Positions 15,969-25,144 of a stretch of 25,145 nucleotides of DNA are shown here, piece by piece. How positions within the stretch are numbered: position 1 is the first letter of the stretch; each line of letters begins with the position of its first letter. Below the pieces are notes generated by a model. That model was not told the origin of the DNA and did no database searches. It saw only the letters and a program-made list of their open reading frames with translations. The translations under genes and the position numbers were made by a program. Source of the DNA: a virus (lineage: Duplodnaviria > Caudoviricetes); the IMG/VR virus record IMGVR_UViG_3300037493_001173, positions 1-25,145 of that record; one strand, given 5' to 3'.

Positions 15969-16559
15969 TTATTTGTTTAGAATGTTAGAAATTCGTTCAG
16001 CATATGTCATTTTTTTGAATGATTTCAACTGAACATTTTTGTTGTTTTTGTTTGTTGTTTGTTTTGAATTTTTCACTGATTCAACTGCTGGTGCTTTGCT
16101 TAATTCAGCAACCTTCGTTTCATTCAATGTATTCTTTTTCTTTTCGTCTGAAAGAGCAACTTCAAGTTTTGCAACTAAATTCATTAGTGCTTCAACTTGT
16201 TCGTTTGTGATTTTTGTTTCTGCTGAATTTTCTACTTCTTCAGCTTGTTCTTCAACCACAACTTCTTCTTCCATTGGTGCGATTGATTTGAGCAATCCAC
16301 CTTCAACTAATAGAGTTGTTCCATCAGTTAATTTGTATTCACCATCTGGTAATGGTTGTTGATTTCCATCAGCATCCACGATGAATATATCAACACCTTC
16401 AGACCAAGCATCTGCGCTTGTTCCGATTTTTGTTCCATCTTCAAGAATTCCTTCAGCCATCATTTCGACCTTTGCAACTTCTTCTTTCGAAGGTTCTGCA
16501 ACTTCCAGATTGACATTGAATTTCTTGAACAATGAATTGATTTTTTCAATTGTTGTCAT
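15969..16559 (-). CDS. Capsid scaffolding protein
   Basis: Acidic, 'PLPDGEYKLTDGTTLLVEGG' motif, coiled-coil C-terminus; directly upstream of the capsid gene. Confidence 0.75.
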   Translation of the reverse strand: MTTIEKINSLFKKFNVNLEVAEPSKEEVAKVEMMAEGILEDGTKIGTSADAWSEGVDIFIVDADGNQQPLPDGEYKLTDGTTLLVEGGLLKSIAPMEEEVVVEEQAEEVENSAETKITNEQVEALMNLVAKLEVALSDEKKKNTLNETKVAELSKAPAVESVKNSKQTTNKNNKNVQLKSFKKMTYAERISNILNK

Positions 16560-16598
16560 TGTGTATAATTTGTTTACTTAACTAAATAGCGAACCAAG

Positions 16599-16615
16599 TA
16601 CATTTGTAACAAATG
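16599..16615 (+). promoter_or_regulatory. -7 promoter box TACATTTG overlapped by a perfect palindrome
   Basis: TAnnTTTG match at 16599-16606; CATTTGT-A-ACAAATG at 16601-16615; no well-spaced TTTG -33 box. Confidence 0.55.
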
Positions 16616-16693
16616 ATGTTTCATATGTGAAATTGATTTTTGATTTTGATTTTAAGGTTTGACAGAGAGCATCGCAAGATGCTCTTTGTTTTT
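16612..16693 (+). ncRNA. Putative trans-acting antisense small RNA against early-gene translation initiation regions
   Basis: Lies between a + strand -7 box and a + strand terminator; core 16617-16654 is complementary to the (AAAATC)n-ATG leaders of the early genes. The 5' end is estimated. Confidence 0.65.
16662..16693 (+). terminator. Intrinsic terminator oriented opposite to the flanking genes
   Basis: ACAGAGAGCATC-GCAA-GATGCTCTTTGT-TTTT: GNRA loop, G-U wobble and U-tract all work on the + strand only. Confidence 0.8.
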
Positions 16694-17288
16694 ATTGACC
16701 TTTCAAAATTCTTTCTATTTCCTGAAGCAACAATGAACCTTCAATATCAGCATCAGAAAAAGATTGCTTTGCAATATCTTGGAACATTCCTTCAATTGAA
16801 AATCCTTTGATTTCACCATCTTTCACTGATGTCCAGATTTCTTCATTATCCACTTTCATTCCACCAAACCAAGTTCCTTCTGGAAGATTAAATCCAAAGT
16901 TTTTTGATTTGTCATTTTCACCTTCAACAATCCACGATTCAACCAGCGTTAATCCAAGCACTGCAAATTCGTGTTGATATGTTGCATTGTGATGAAGATT
17001 CTTTTTGTAGTAATCATACGCAACTTGTTTCACAACATCTTTTGAAAATCGAATGTAGTATTCTTGATTGCTTTCATCAATGCGCAAGATTTCCATATCA
17101 GGAATCATAATCGCACCATATAACATTTTGCGTTCTGGTGATTCAATTGCACAATGAACTTTGCTTTCTTTCGAAAGAAAAATCCAATTGCTTTCAATTG
17201 CTGGTTCTGTTACCATTGAAATAGCCATCACTCCAAGAAATCCATTTTCATCTATTCCGTAATCTAAAATTTTCTTTGTATTGTCCAT
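16692..17288 (-). CDS. Prohead serine protease (XkdF-like)
   Basis: 'AISMVTEPAIE', 'YQHE', 'VESWIV', 'PEGTWF', 'GEIKGFSIEG' motifs; upstream of scaffold and capsid genes. Confidence 0.85.
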   Translation of the reverse strand: MDNTKKILDYGIDENGFLGVMAISMVTEPAIESNWIFLSKESKVHCAIESPERKMLYGAIMIPDMEILRIDESNQEYYIRFSKDVVKQVAYDYYKKNLHHNATYQHEFAVLGLTLVESWIVEGENDKSKNFGFNLPEGTWFGGMKVDNEEIWTSVKDGEIKGFSIEGMFQDIAKQSFSDADIEGSLLLQEIERILKGQ

Positions 17289-17289
17289 A

Positions 17290-19695
17290 TTATAATTTGC
17301 TTTGATTGTATATTAATTGTGATAATTCTTGATTGTCTGTGATTGTTCCAGAAACAACATATGTTTGAAACACTGGTTGGTCTTGTTGACCTTGTACATT
17401 CACACCATTCATTGATGGTTGTGGTGTTGATAATGAACTGAAACTTGGTGCTTGTGCAGTTGATGATGATGAAGAACCACCACCACTGAATTGTGTGTTT
17501 CTAATCTTCGCAACATTCAACAAACCAAGTGCAACCGCAGATGCAGTTGCAATAAATGGTGCGGCTGGAAATGCCGTTGTTATTGGTGATTTAGAAACTG
17601 CATTGAACATATTAACTGCACTTTCAAAAGTTGAAAGAAGTGCTTGTGCAATCTGAACTTGTTTTTGCTTTTCAAAATATTTCTTTCTGATTGCATCTTT
17701 TTGTTCTTCAGTTTTATTTTGTGATTCAGCAATACGAAGTTCATTCTGCAATCCAAGTTCTTGCATTTGTGAAATAATGGAAAGACCATTACCAATTTGC
17801 TGAACTGCATAATCTCTGATTGCTTGTCTTTTTTCCGCAGCTTCTTTATCATCTTCAATCAATGCATCATTCTTTTCTTTATTAAGTTTTATTTCTTCAT
17901 CTGCATATTTCTTGTTGATTTCTGCAATCTTATTTTCCAATTCAATTTTAATTGCAAGTTCAGTTGCTGCATCATTGTTTGCAGTTTCATATTGTTTTTC
18001 AGCATTCAATACTGCATCATTAATTTCTTTTTCTTTTGCAGTTGATGTAAGTTGTTGAAGCAACTGGAATTGTTCTTCAACTCTTGCAAGTTCCTTTTGT
18101 CGAATTGCTTCATTCTTCAAGTATTCTTCATCATCAAATTTCTTATTGATGGTTGCTCTACTAATCAGATAATTATTTTCAAGTTCTTCAAGTTCTTTCT
18201 TTGAAACTTTTGCTTGTTCCAGTGTTGCTTTTTGAACAAGATATTTTTCTTTCAATTGAAATAATTCAGCTTCACGCGGAGTCATATTTCTTCTTTGAAA
18301 TTCTTCCATTTCTTTTTCAATTGCAAGAACTTCTTCTGCAAGTTTCTTTCGTGCTTCTTCTATCTTCGCAAGTTTTTCTTCACGCTTTCTTTTTGCTTCA
18401 GCATTTCTTTCTTCTTGCTTTCTTTTGTCTTCTTCAATCTTTGCAAGTTCTTCTTCAGATTTTACTCCATCCATTTTCACTTGTGCAGAACTTTTCAATA
18501 AAGCATATTCACCTTTTCTTCCATTAATGATTTGTCTGATTTGTTCAACTTCAGCATTTGCAGAATTCATTCTATCACCAGCATTTTTTCTGATTGCATT
18601 TTCAACTGATTCTCTTGATTTGAATTCATCCTTTATCCATCTTAATTCTTGGCTTTCATTTATTAATCCTAATCTTTTTGCTTCATTAATTTCATCAATT
18701 GTAAATGCTTGTTTAGAATAAAACACATTCATATAACCAGCTAAAGACGCTTTTTCTTTTGCTATTTCAACATCTTCTTTGTTCTTTGTTTTGATAGCTT
18801 CAATCGCATCAAGTTCAGTTTTTGCAGCGTCATTTTTCTTTGCTTGTAATCCATACGCTTCATCAGTTGTTCTTTTTGCTTCTTCAACACCAGCAATGAT
18901 TTTTCCTTCCAGTTGTGCTTGAAGAACTTTCAAATCATATATACCTTGTTCTTTGTTTTTGATTGCTTCAGTGACTGCATCTGTATCACCTTTCAGTCTT
19001 GCAAGTTTTTCTTCTTCAGTTGCTATCTGGATTTTCTTTCGAAGAATTGCTGATTCAGAAGTATATGATTTATCAATGGAAGTACCTTTCGCTTTTTCAA
19101 CTGCGAGTTGTGATTCCATTGTTTTCAATTCACTTTCAAGAATCTTCTTTTGCTTTTCAAGTTTACCAGTTTCAGCCATATTAAAAAGACCATTCAGTTC
19201 TTTCCAATACACAATGATTCCAGTTATGATTCCAGCAAACATTAAAATTGGATTTGAAAGAATTGCTTTTGCTAAATTCCATAATCCAGCAACTGCATCT
19301 TCAAGACCTTTGCGCATTTCTTTGAATGTCAAACTCTTTGCATTTGCAGTTAATCCTTTCAATGATGATGATACACCTTCGAAATCCAGATTCATCAATC
19401 TATCTTGTGTTAATGCAAGATTGTTGTTGAATCCTTCAAAAGAATTACCAGCATTAGCGCGAGTTTCTTCAGCCAAATCACTCATTTTATCTTTGAGTTC
19501 ACCAGCGCGTTTCTGAAGATTTAATAATTCATCATCTTTGAAAACTCCTGAAGCAATTGCATCTTGAATGCGTTTCAGTTCCAGTCTTGATTCCTTCAGA
19601 CCATCTGCAAACTTGTTTATTTCTTGACCAGCTTCATCAATGAATTTTGTTACTCCAGAATCATCAACTACTATTTTGATTTTAGTTTCAGCCAT
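17290..19695 (-). CDS. Tail tape measure protein
   Basis: 801 aa, long E/K-rich coiled coils, hydrophobic segments near residues 140-165 and near the C-terminus. Confidence 0.8.
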   Translation of the reverse strand: MAETKIKIVVDDSGVTKFIDEAGQEINKFADGLKESRLELKRIQDAIASGVFKDDELLNLQKRAGELKDKMSDLAEETRANAGNSFEGFNNNLALTQDRLMNLDFEGVSSSLKGLTANAKSLTFKEMRKGLEDAVAGLWNLAKAILSNPILMFAGIITGIIVYWKELNGLFNMAETGKLEKQKKILESELKTMESQLAVEKAKGTSIDKSYTSESAILRKKIQIATEEEKLARLKGDTDAVTEAIKNKEQGIYDLKVLQAQLEGKIIAGVEEAKRTTDEAYGLQAKKNDAAKTELDAIEAIKTKNKEDVEIAKEKASLAGYMNVFYSKQAFTIDEINEAKRLGLINESQELRWIKDEFKSRESVENAIRKNAGDRMNSANAEVEQIRQIINGRKGEYALLKSSAQVKMDGVKSEEELAKIEEDKRKQEERNAEAKRKREEKLAKIEEARKKLAEEVLAIEKEMEEFQRRNMTPREAELFQLKEKYLVQKATLEQAKVSKKELEELENNYLISRATINKKFDDEEYLKNEAIRQKELARVEEQFQLLQQLTSTAKEKEINDAVLNAEKQYETANNDAATELAIKIELENKIAEINKKYADEEIKLNKEKNDALIEDDKEAAEKRQAIRDYAVQQIGNGLSIISQMQELGLQNELRIAESQNKTEEQKDAIRKKYFEKQKQVQIAQALLSTFESAVNMFNAVSKSPITTAFPAAPFIATASAVALGLLNVAKIRNTQFSGGGSSSSSTAQAPSFSSLSTPQPSMNGVNVQGQQDQPVFQTYVVSGTITDNQELSQLIYNQSKL

Positions 19696-19913
19696 TACAC
19701 GAATATTTTATATGTTAAAAAACAAGCACTCAAAATAAGCAATCCAGCAATGATTCTGTTTGCTATCATATACAACTTCCATCTGTTTTGATTGAGTTGA
19801 TTTTTACCACTTGCAATCAAGCACAATTCACTTTCATCTTTGATGTTGTGTTTGATTAATTCAAGCACAAGCACCATATGTTTTTCAGATATGTCTTCGT
19901 AATATTTTATCAT
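19695..19913 (-). CDS. Small protein with C-terminal TM (72 aa)
   Basis: ORF track; coupled to both neighbours. Confidence 0.65.
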   Translation of the reverse strand: MIKYYEDISEKHMVLVLELIKHNIKDESELCLIASGKNQLNQNRWKLYMIANRIIAGLLILSACFLTYKIFV

Positions 19914-22582
19914 ACTAATTGAAATAAATTTTTACCATCACTTGTAATTGTTGTTTTTGAATAAGTTCCTGAAATAATTATGTATGCATTGCCTTCAATC
20001 AATCCAGTATCTGCACTGATTTTAACATCACCAGTTGATGTGTTGATTATAGTAATTGATTTACCAATCATCAAAGCGACATCAGGCATTAATAAATTGA
20101 TTGTTACCAAACTCGTATCACACATAATTACTGATTCATTTCCATCACATCTGTAATCAGAAGTGATTTCAGTTACATCAACTTGAATTGATTTTACAAT
20201 CAAATTATCAAAAACATTTGTTGGTTTATTGATTGCGTTATTATTGAAAACGAATTGCGTTCTTGATGGTGATGAATTTCTGCATTTTCCATCATACCAA
20301 TAATATCCATATCGTTCGCAACAGAATTCATTTCCAGTTAATCCAGTGTTTCCTTCACCATCACTAAAAAGTATTTGTCCTGAAATAGTTGAAGCATATG
20401 GTTTATATGTACAATCCAAACCCAAATCAACAAGTCTTGCAAGTTTCACTTTGGTTGAATCACCAAGAGCAATTCCATAATCAGTGATTTCCAAAATTCT
20501 CCACCAAGAATCTTTCACATAAATTCTATCACTCCACTGAAATGTCAAAATATCAGTGATGTTCAAATCAAAATATGCTTCAAGTATTCGTGCTTCACCA
20601 TCGTATAATTCACGCAAATAATCGCGCCAAAAACGAACGTATGAAGTGTTATCTGGAAAGGCAATTACTTGTTGTGCTGGTGTTTCTTTTCCAAAGTTCA
20701 AATCATTATCCTGAACATCTGGAAAGACTGAAGAATAATGATTCAACAATCTTATTTCAGTTGTTATTCTATCACCACTAACTTCATCATATAGTGGAAC
20801 TTCAACTTGACCAGCATTGAAAAGTATTCTGCAATTTGGTTTAATGAATTCACCTTTATCATTTATGAATTTTGGTGTGACAATATTTGTTCCATACAAA
20901 TGTCCACAAGGTGTTGCAGAAAAATCAACTGCAACTGAAAGTTCACCAGTTGCAAAATCATTCGTTTCAGTGAAATCAGTTTCTTCAACTTTGTATTCAC
21001 CATAAATGCGCTTTGCACTTTCAAAGTATTTGTTCAATACATCAGCATCTGATTTGTATGTAAATGATAATTTTGAATACTGCATATCCGCAGTTGATGA
21101 TATCACAACATCTTTGCTTGTATCAAGTTTTGTTGTCCAGTCATTAGTGTTTCCAGTTCCAAGATATTCAACCAGTGGAACAATTTCAAGATGTGCTGGA
21201 AATGTTCTTGATGGAATGATTGCAAGATTCAAAACTTTTGCAAGTGATTTGATATAATCTATTTGGCGCATATCTGGTGCGTTGTTTCGCATCTGAACAA
21301 TTGTATCATTTCCAGTTAATTCAACTGATGTTCCTTCGTATTGAAAATATGTTCCTTTTGAATAATCCACATAATCAATTCCAAATGGATTATAATCAAT
21401 TATGATTTCATTTGCAATTCCATTTGTCCAACCTAATCCAAGCATCACTGCAATTTTATCACCAGCATTCAAACTCAAAGTATGCGTCATTTCCATATGA
21501 TAAATTGTATCTGAATCACCATCAACAATATTTGTCACATTGCATAAACATTGATTTCCAAGTGTATCAAAATAATAAAATCCATTAAATCCAACACCAT
21601 CTGGATTCACAAAATAAGCTGCAACATTTACGCTTCCTTGATTTGTTATTGCATTATCATCTCTGATAAAATTACCAATAAACTTGAATGTATAATTTGC
21701 AGTGAATGGTGCAACAAAAGTTCCATTGTTAATAATGTTTGAACCTTCATCCAGAAGAATAAGATATGCATTCGAAACAAGTGGTGGAGTTGAAATAATA
21801 GTTTGTGTTGGTTGACCTTGTGCAACACTTCCAAAAACATATCCAGCTTTCCACATTAAAGTAAATTGATTGTCATTCAATCCACCTGAACAAATCAATC
21901 CTTTATCAGCAACAAATGGTGTGTACATTTCTTCAGTGATTGAATCGAAGATTGCACCATCATATGTGAATCCAGCATCAAGCAAAATTTGTTCAATCAA
22001 ATATTTTGTTTTGATTGCTGGTGTTAATTGACCAACATATAAATCATTGAAATCAGTTGTGTTTTCAAAGTTGAATATTGACCAGTTGAACTTGTCGCAT
22101 AATGTCAAGATTGTTTGGTCATTTGGATATGGAACATTTGCTTGAATCAATGCATAATCTAAATCACCATTCTGAATTGCTTGAATATCTTTCAACTTCT
22201 TTTCACCAAGTGACCTTGCAAGGTTTGGTGTTTCACCAAAGAATACAATCTGGAATTCGTGAATCTTTTCTTTTGATTCAAAGATTTGTTTTATCTGGAT
22301 GTGACCATTTGTAATTGGAATTGTATTCACAACAATTGATGCATCAACCTTCTTTCTGAAATCAAACCATCCATTGTAATTCACATTGAAGATTGCACCA
22401 AAGAAATCAACATTTGTTTTTGATGCTGGTATCCTGAACTCTCTTGAATAGTTTCCGACATTGGTGAAATCAACTAAATCATTGAACTGAAATTGAAGAT
22501 ACATATTTTCATTTTCATACAAATCAATTATGGAAGCATTTCCATTTGAATCATAACACCACAACTGAAGTTCTTGTTTCAT
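19910..22582 (-). CDS. Large tail tip/hub structural protein (890 aa)
   Basis: 'IDLYENE...NYSREFRIPASKTN' start typical of siphovirus tail proteins; Cys-rich segment 'NEFCCERYGYYW...C'. Confidence 0.7.
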   Translation of the reverse strand: MKQELQLWCYDSNGNASIIDLYENENMYLQFQFNDLVDFTNVGNYSREFRIPASKTNVDFFGAIFNVNYNGWFDFRKKVDASIVVNTIPITNGHIQIKQIFESKEKIHEFQIVFFGETPNLARSLGEKKLKDIQAIQNGDLDYALIQANVPYPNDQTILTLCDKFNWSIFNFENTTDFNDLYVGQLTPAIKTKYLIEQILLDAGFTYDGAIFDSITEEMYTPFVADKGLICSGGLNDNQFTLMWKAGYVFGSVAQGQPTQTIISTPPLVSNAYLILLDEGSNIINNGTFVAPFTANYTFKFIGNFIRDDNAITNQGSVNVAAYFVNPDGVGFNGFYYFDTLGNQCLCNVTNIVDGDSDTIYHMEMTHTLSLNAGDKIAVMLGLGWTNGIANEIIIDYNPFGIDYVDYSKGTYFQYEGTSVELTGNDTIVQMRNNAPDMRQIDYIKSLAKVLNLAIIPSRTFPAHLEIVPLVEYLGTGNTNDWTTKLDTSKDVVISSTADMQYSKLSFTYKSDADVLNKYFESAKRIYGEYKVEETDFTETNDFATGELSVAVDFSATPCGHLYGTNIVTPKFINDKGEFIKPNCRILFNAGQVEVPLYDEVSGDRITTEIRLLNHYSSVFPDVQDNDLNFGKETPAQQVIAFPDNTSYVRFWRDYLRELYDGEARILEAYFDLNITDILTFQWSDRIYVKDSWWRILEITDYGIALGDSTKVKLARLVDLGLDCTYKPYASTISGQILFSDGEGNTGLTGNEFCCERYGYYWYDGKCRNSSPSRTQFVFNNNAINKPTNVFDNLIVKSIQVDVTEITSDYRCDGNESVIMCDTSLVTINLLMPDVALMIGKSITIINTSTGDVKISADTGLIEGNAYIIISGTYSKTTITSDGKNLFQLV

Positions 22583-23802
22583 TACACTGAATATTCTTGT
22601 GAGTATTTTAGATTGAATGAGATATTGTAAACACCACCATCACGAGTTTTCTTGATTACATATGACGAATCTTCAACCATCATTGGTGTGATTGAACCAT
22701 CTTCATTGATGATGTTCACATCATTCGATGCAACCATATCTTTCAGTAAATAGAATTCACCTTCTGATATCCAGTTGCTTGTTATAATCAATGTTTTTTC
22801 TGCAATGATTTCTGATTCTTTGTATTGTCTATCATATGAATCAAAACCAAAATCAGAAGAACCATATGAACCAACAACCTTTCTGATTCTCTTTCTTTCT
22901 ACATTCAAAGTTTCTTCATTCTTCTTTGTGAAGTTGAAGTAATCAACACCACCAACATTGTTTGACCATTGCATCCTGATTGTTTCATATCTGCAATCAT
23001 CATCCACTTTGTAATGTACATACTTTCTGGTAACTTGATTTCCTAAATCATCAACACCAAACACTTCGTATGAAAACCAAGAATTGATTAATTCAAAATC
23101 ATAATACGAAAGAAGGTTTTGTGGACAAGATGGAAGAAATCCAATTGTGTAATCTGATGCAGTTGGAACAAATGTGAAACTTGCTTCAGTATTACCAGCA
23201 ACATCAAAAATATTGAACACAAATCCAAGAACATCATTTGTGATATGTGATGTATCTGCAATATAATTAATCACACCAAAATCTTTGATTCGTGTTGGTA
23301 TGTAAACTGCATCTGCATCATAATAAGGAACACCAATCCACTGGTGTGTTGATGGTGTTCTTGCACTTAATAAATTTGATGTTGTTGTATTCATTGCATA
23401 ATCAAGATTTGGGCTTCTTTTGTATCCATCTCTGATTTGATATGATGCTTGAAAGATTCCTATTGAATCAATATTCACTGGTGTGTTGTGTTCTGCAAAT
23501 CCAGTTCCATCATTATATCCTTCAACAATTTCACATTCGATTAAATACACTGCATCTGTATCATATCCACAATTCGCTTCAATATGCATTGTTGGTGAAT
23601 GTGAAAGTTTATGTCTGAACAATGGTGCTAAATCAAGCATTCCAACTCCTTCTGGATTTGGTTGAACATATATATTGTATCCACTAAATTTGAAGACGTA
23701 TCTGAAATCTGGTTGTGCAATATTATCTGATTCGACAATCACAATCAACTTTTGATTTGCTGGTGTGAATTCGTATGGTTGTTCTGTTAGTATTAAAGCC
23801 AT
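22582..23802 (-). CDS. Tail structural protein, possibly distal-tail-like (406 aa)
   Basis: 'W.NNVGGVDYFNFTK' motif; adjacent to the tail hub gene. Confidence 0.6.
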   Translation of the reverse strand: MALILTEQPYEFTPANQKLIVIVESDNIAQPDFRYVFKFSGYNIYVQPNPEGVGMLDLAPLFRHKLSHSPTMHIEANCGYDTDAVYLIECEIVEGYNDGTGFAEHNTPVNIDSIGIFQASYQIRDGYKRSPNLDYAMNTTTSNLLSARTPSTHQWIGVPYYDADAVYIPTRIKDFGVINYIADTSHITNDVLGFVFNIFDVAGNTEASFTFVPTASDYTIGFLPSCPQNLLSYYDFELINSWFSYEVFGVDDLGNQVTRKYVHYKVDDDCRYETIRMQWSNNVGGVDYFNFTKKNEETLNVERKRIRKVVGSYGSSDFGFDSYDRQYKESEIIAEKTLIITSNWISEGEFYLLKDMVASNDVNIINEDGSITPMMVEDSSYVIKKTRDGGVYNISFNLKYSQEYSV

Positions 23803-23806
23803 TTTT

Positions 23807-24382
23807 TTATTTTGTTTTTGATTCCCATTCTCGCGCTAAATCAATCGAAAGATATTGTGCATATGCAGTTGTGAATTCATTTGATTTTTCATCCATCACA
23901 TCATTCACTGCATCACGATAATAATGTATTCCAGCGAATCCATATTTTCCAATGTGTTTAGCCATTGCAATAGCCATTGCTTTTTTTTCGTCTTTGGTTT
24001 TTAGTTTCTGAAGGAATCTTCCAGATGAATCTCTTGGTTGAATCTTCTTCTTTGCAATCCACTTCATAATGTCTTTGTATGGTGGTGGAGTTTTATTTTG
24101 TCCGCGACCTTCTTCAATCACACCATAATAATCTTTTGCTTTTCCTTTTGCAGTGAACAACATTTCTACATACTGAACTCTTGACATATCAAGTTTGTAT
24201 GTCAATGCCTTTTCTAATCTTCCAGAAGCAATCCTTTTTACCTTTCTTCTTTTCATTCCTTTGGATGTCATTTGTGTGACATACTGCGAAATGCGAAGAT
24301 TCGATTGTGCGCGTTCAATTACCAGTTTCGCAAATTCACGAAACTTTAATTCAACTTGTTTTCTGGTGATGTTTTCAGCCAT
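23807..24382 (-). CDS. Tail completion/neck protein (HK97 gp10-like)
   Basis: Basic; 'ASGRLEKAL', 'YYGVIEEGR...PP...I.KW', 'IA..I...G' pattern. Confidence 0.6.
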   Translation of the reverse strand: MAENITRKQVELKFREFAKLVIERAQSNLRISQYVTQMTSKGMKRRKVKRIASGRLEKALTYKLDMSRVQYVEMLFTAKGKAKDYYGVIEEGRGQNKTPPPYKDIMKWIAKKKIQPRDSSGRFLQKLKTKDEKKAMAIAMAKHIGKYGFAGIHYYRDAVNDVMDEKSNEFTTAYAQYLSIDLAREWESKTK

Positions 24383-24386
24383 TGAT

Positions 24387-24515
24387 TTATTCAGTTACTT
24401 CATCAGGAATTTCTTCATATACTATTTCGTATTTTCCAAATTGAATTGCTTCTTGTTCATCAAGTGTTTCAATGTATCCATTTTCAACAATCATTCTATA
24501 TTTTTTTAATATCAT
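24387..24515 (-). CDS. Small acidic protein (42 aa), possible fibre-associated chaperone
   Basis: Manual translation MILKKYRMIVENGYIETLDEQEAIQFGKYEIVYEEIPDEVTE*; ATGA coupling to the fibre gene. Confidence 0.55.
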   Translation of the reverse strand: MILKKYRMIVENGYIETLDEQEAIQFGKYEIVYEEIPDEVTE

Positions 24516-25144
24516 ACTCTTGGTGTAGTTAATATATTTTCAAAACCTAAATAATCACAATGAAGAAATCTATTTGAAGTTCCAGTCCATTTAGCAATAC
24601 CTTGTTTTAGAAAAACATATTGACTTAATGCAAATGCAAATTTTGGTATATTGGTTGTGTGTGTTGCAACCAATGTTCCATTAACATAATATGAAACTGA
24701 AGTTGCATCTGCATTAACACTGATTCGAAGTTTTGTCCACGAAGTATTGCTTACTGGAACTGAAGTTGTTGTTAATGTTCTTACTGAACCAGCAACTGAA
24801 ACGCATTGCCAATTTGCTGATGCAGTTGTTCCATTGATTGTTCCACCTTCATCATATGTAAAAAACACACCATTTGTTTCATCTGTATTTCCAGTTGCAC
24901 TTGCAAATCCGTGTGTTGTTCTATACCTATCTATTGAAACGCTTAATGCTGGAAGTAAAATGGATGTTTCAAAATTCCATACTCCAAATCCAAATGCAAC
25001 ATTTGGAATTGTATTTCCAAGATGGTGTATATAACTAAAATTTAATGTACCACTTTGATATGAAAGAAAACCATATTGATTGCTTGTTCTATATGGTATT
25101 GTTGATAATGCTATTGATGTCGAAATACTTCCACCATTTGATAC
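24512..25144 (-). CDS. Partial tail fibre/receptor-binding protein, C-terminal lectin-like beta-sandwich
   Basis: The frame is open from the window end (VSNGGSISTSIALSTIPYRTSNQYG...) through the tracked ORF; 'WTKLRISVNADATSVSYYVNGTLVATHTTNIP' is ConA-like. Confidence 0.7.
   Translation of the reverse strand, partial: VSNGGSISTSIALSTIPYRTSNQYGFLSYQSGTLNFSYIHHLGNTIPNVAFGFGVWNFETSILLPALSVSIDRYRTTHGFASATGNTDETNGVFFTYDEGGTINGTTASANWQCVSVAGSVRTLTTTSVPVSNTSWTKLRISVNADATSVSYYVNGTLVATHTTNIPKFAFALSQYVFLKQGIAKWTGTSNRFLHCDYLGFENILTTPRV

Noticed and set aside
16574-16624. Minus-strand 16-aa ORF MKHHLLQMYLVRYLVK preceded by an (AAAATC)n leader
   Set aside because: It is a competing explanation for the motif, but it does not explain the + strand terminator polarity or the + strand -7 box. 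Not annotated, though not excluded.
9004-25034. Plus-strand ORFs in the late arm (e.g. 9564-9989, 18953-19516, 24195-24509)
   Set aside because: Antisense shadows caused by codon bias in the structural genes.
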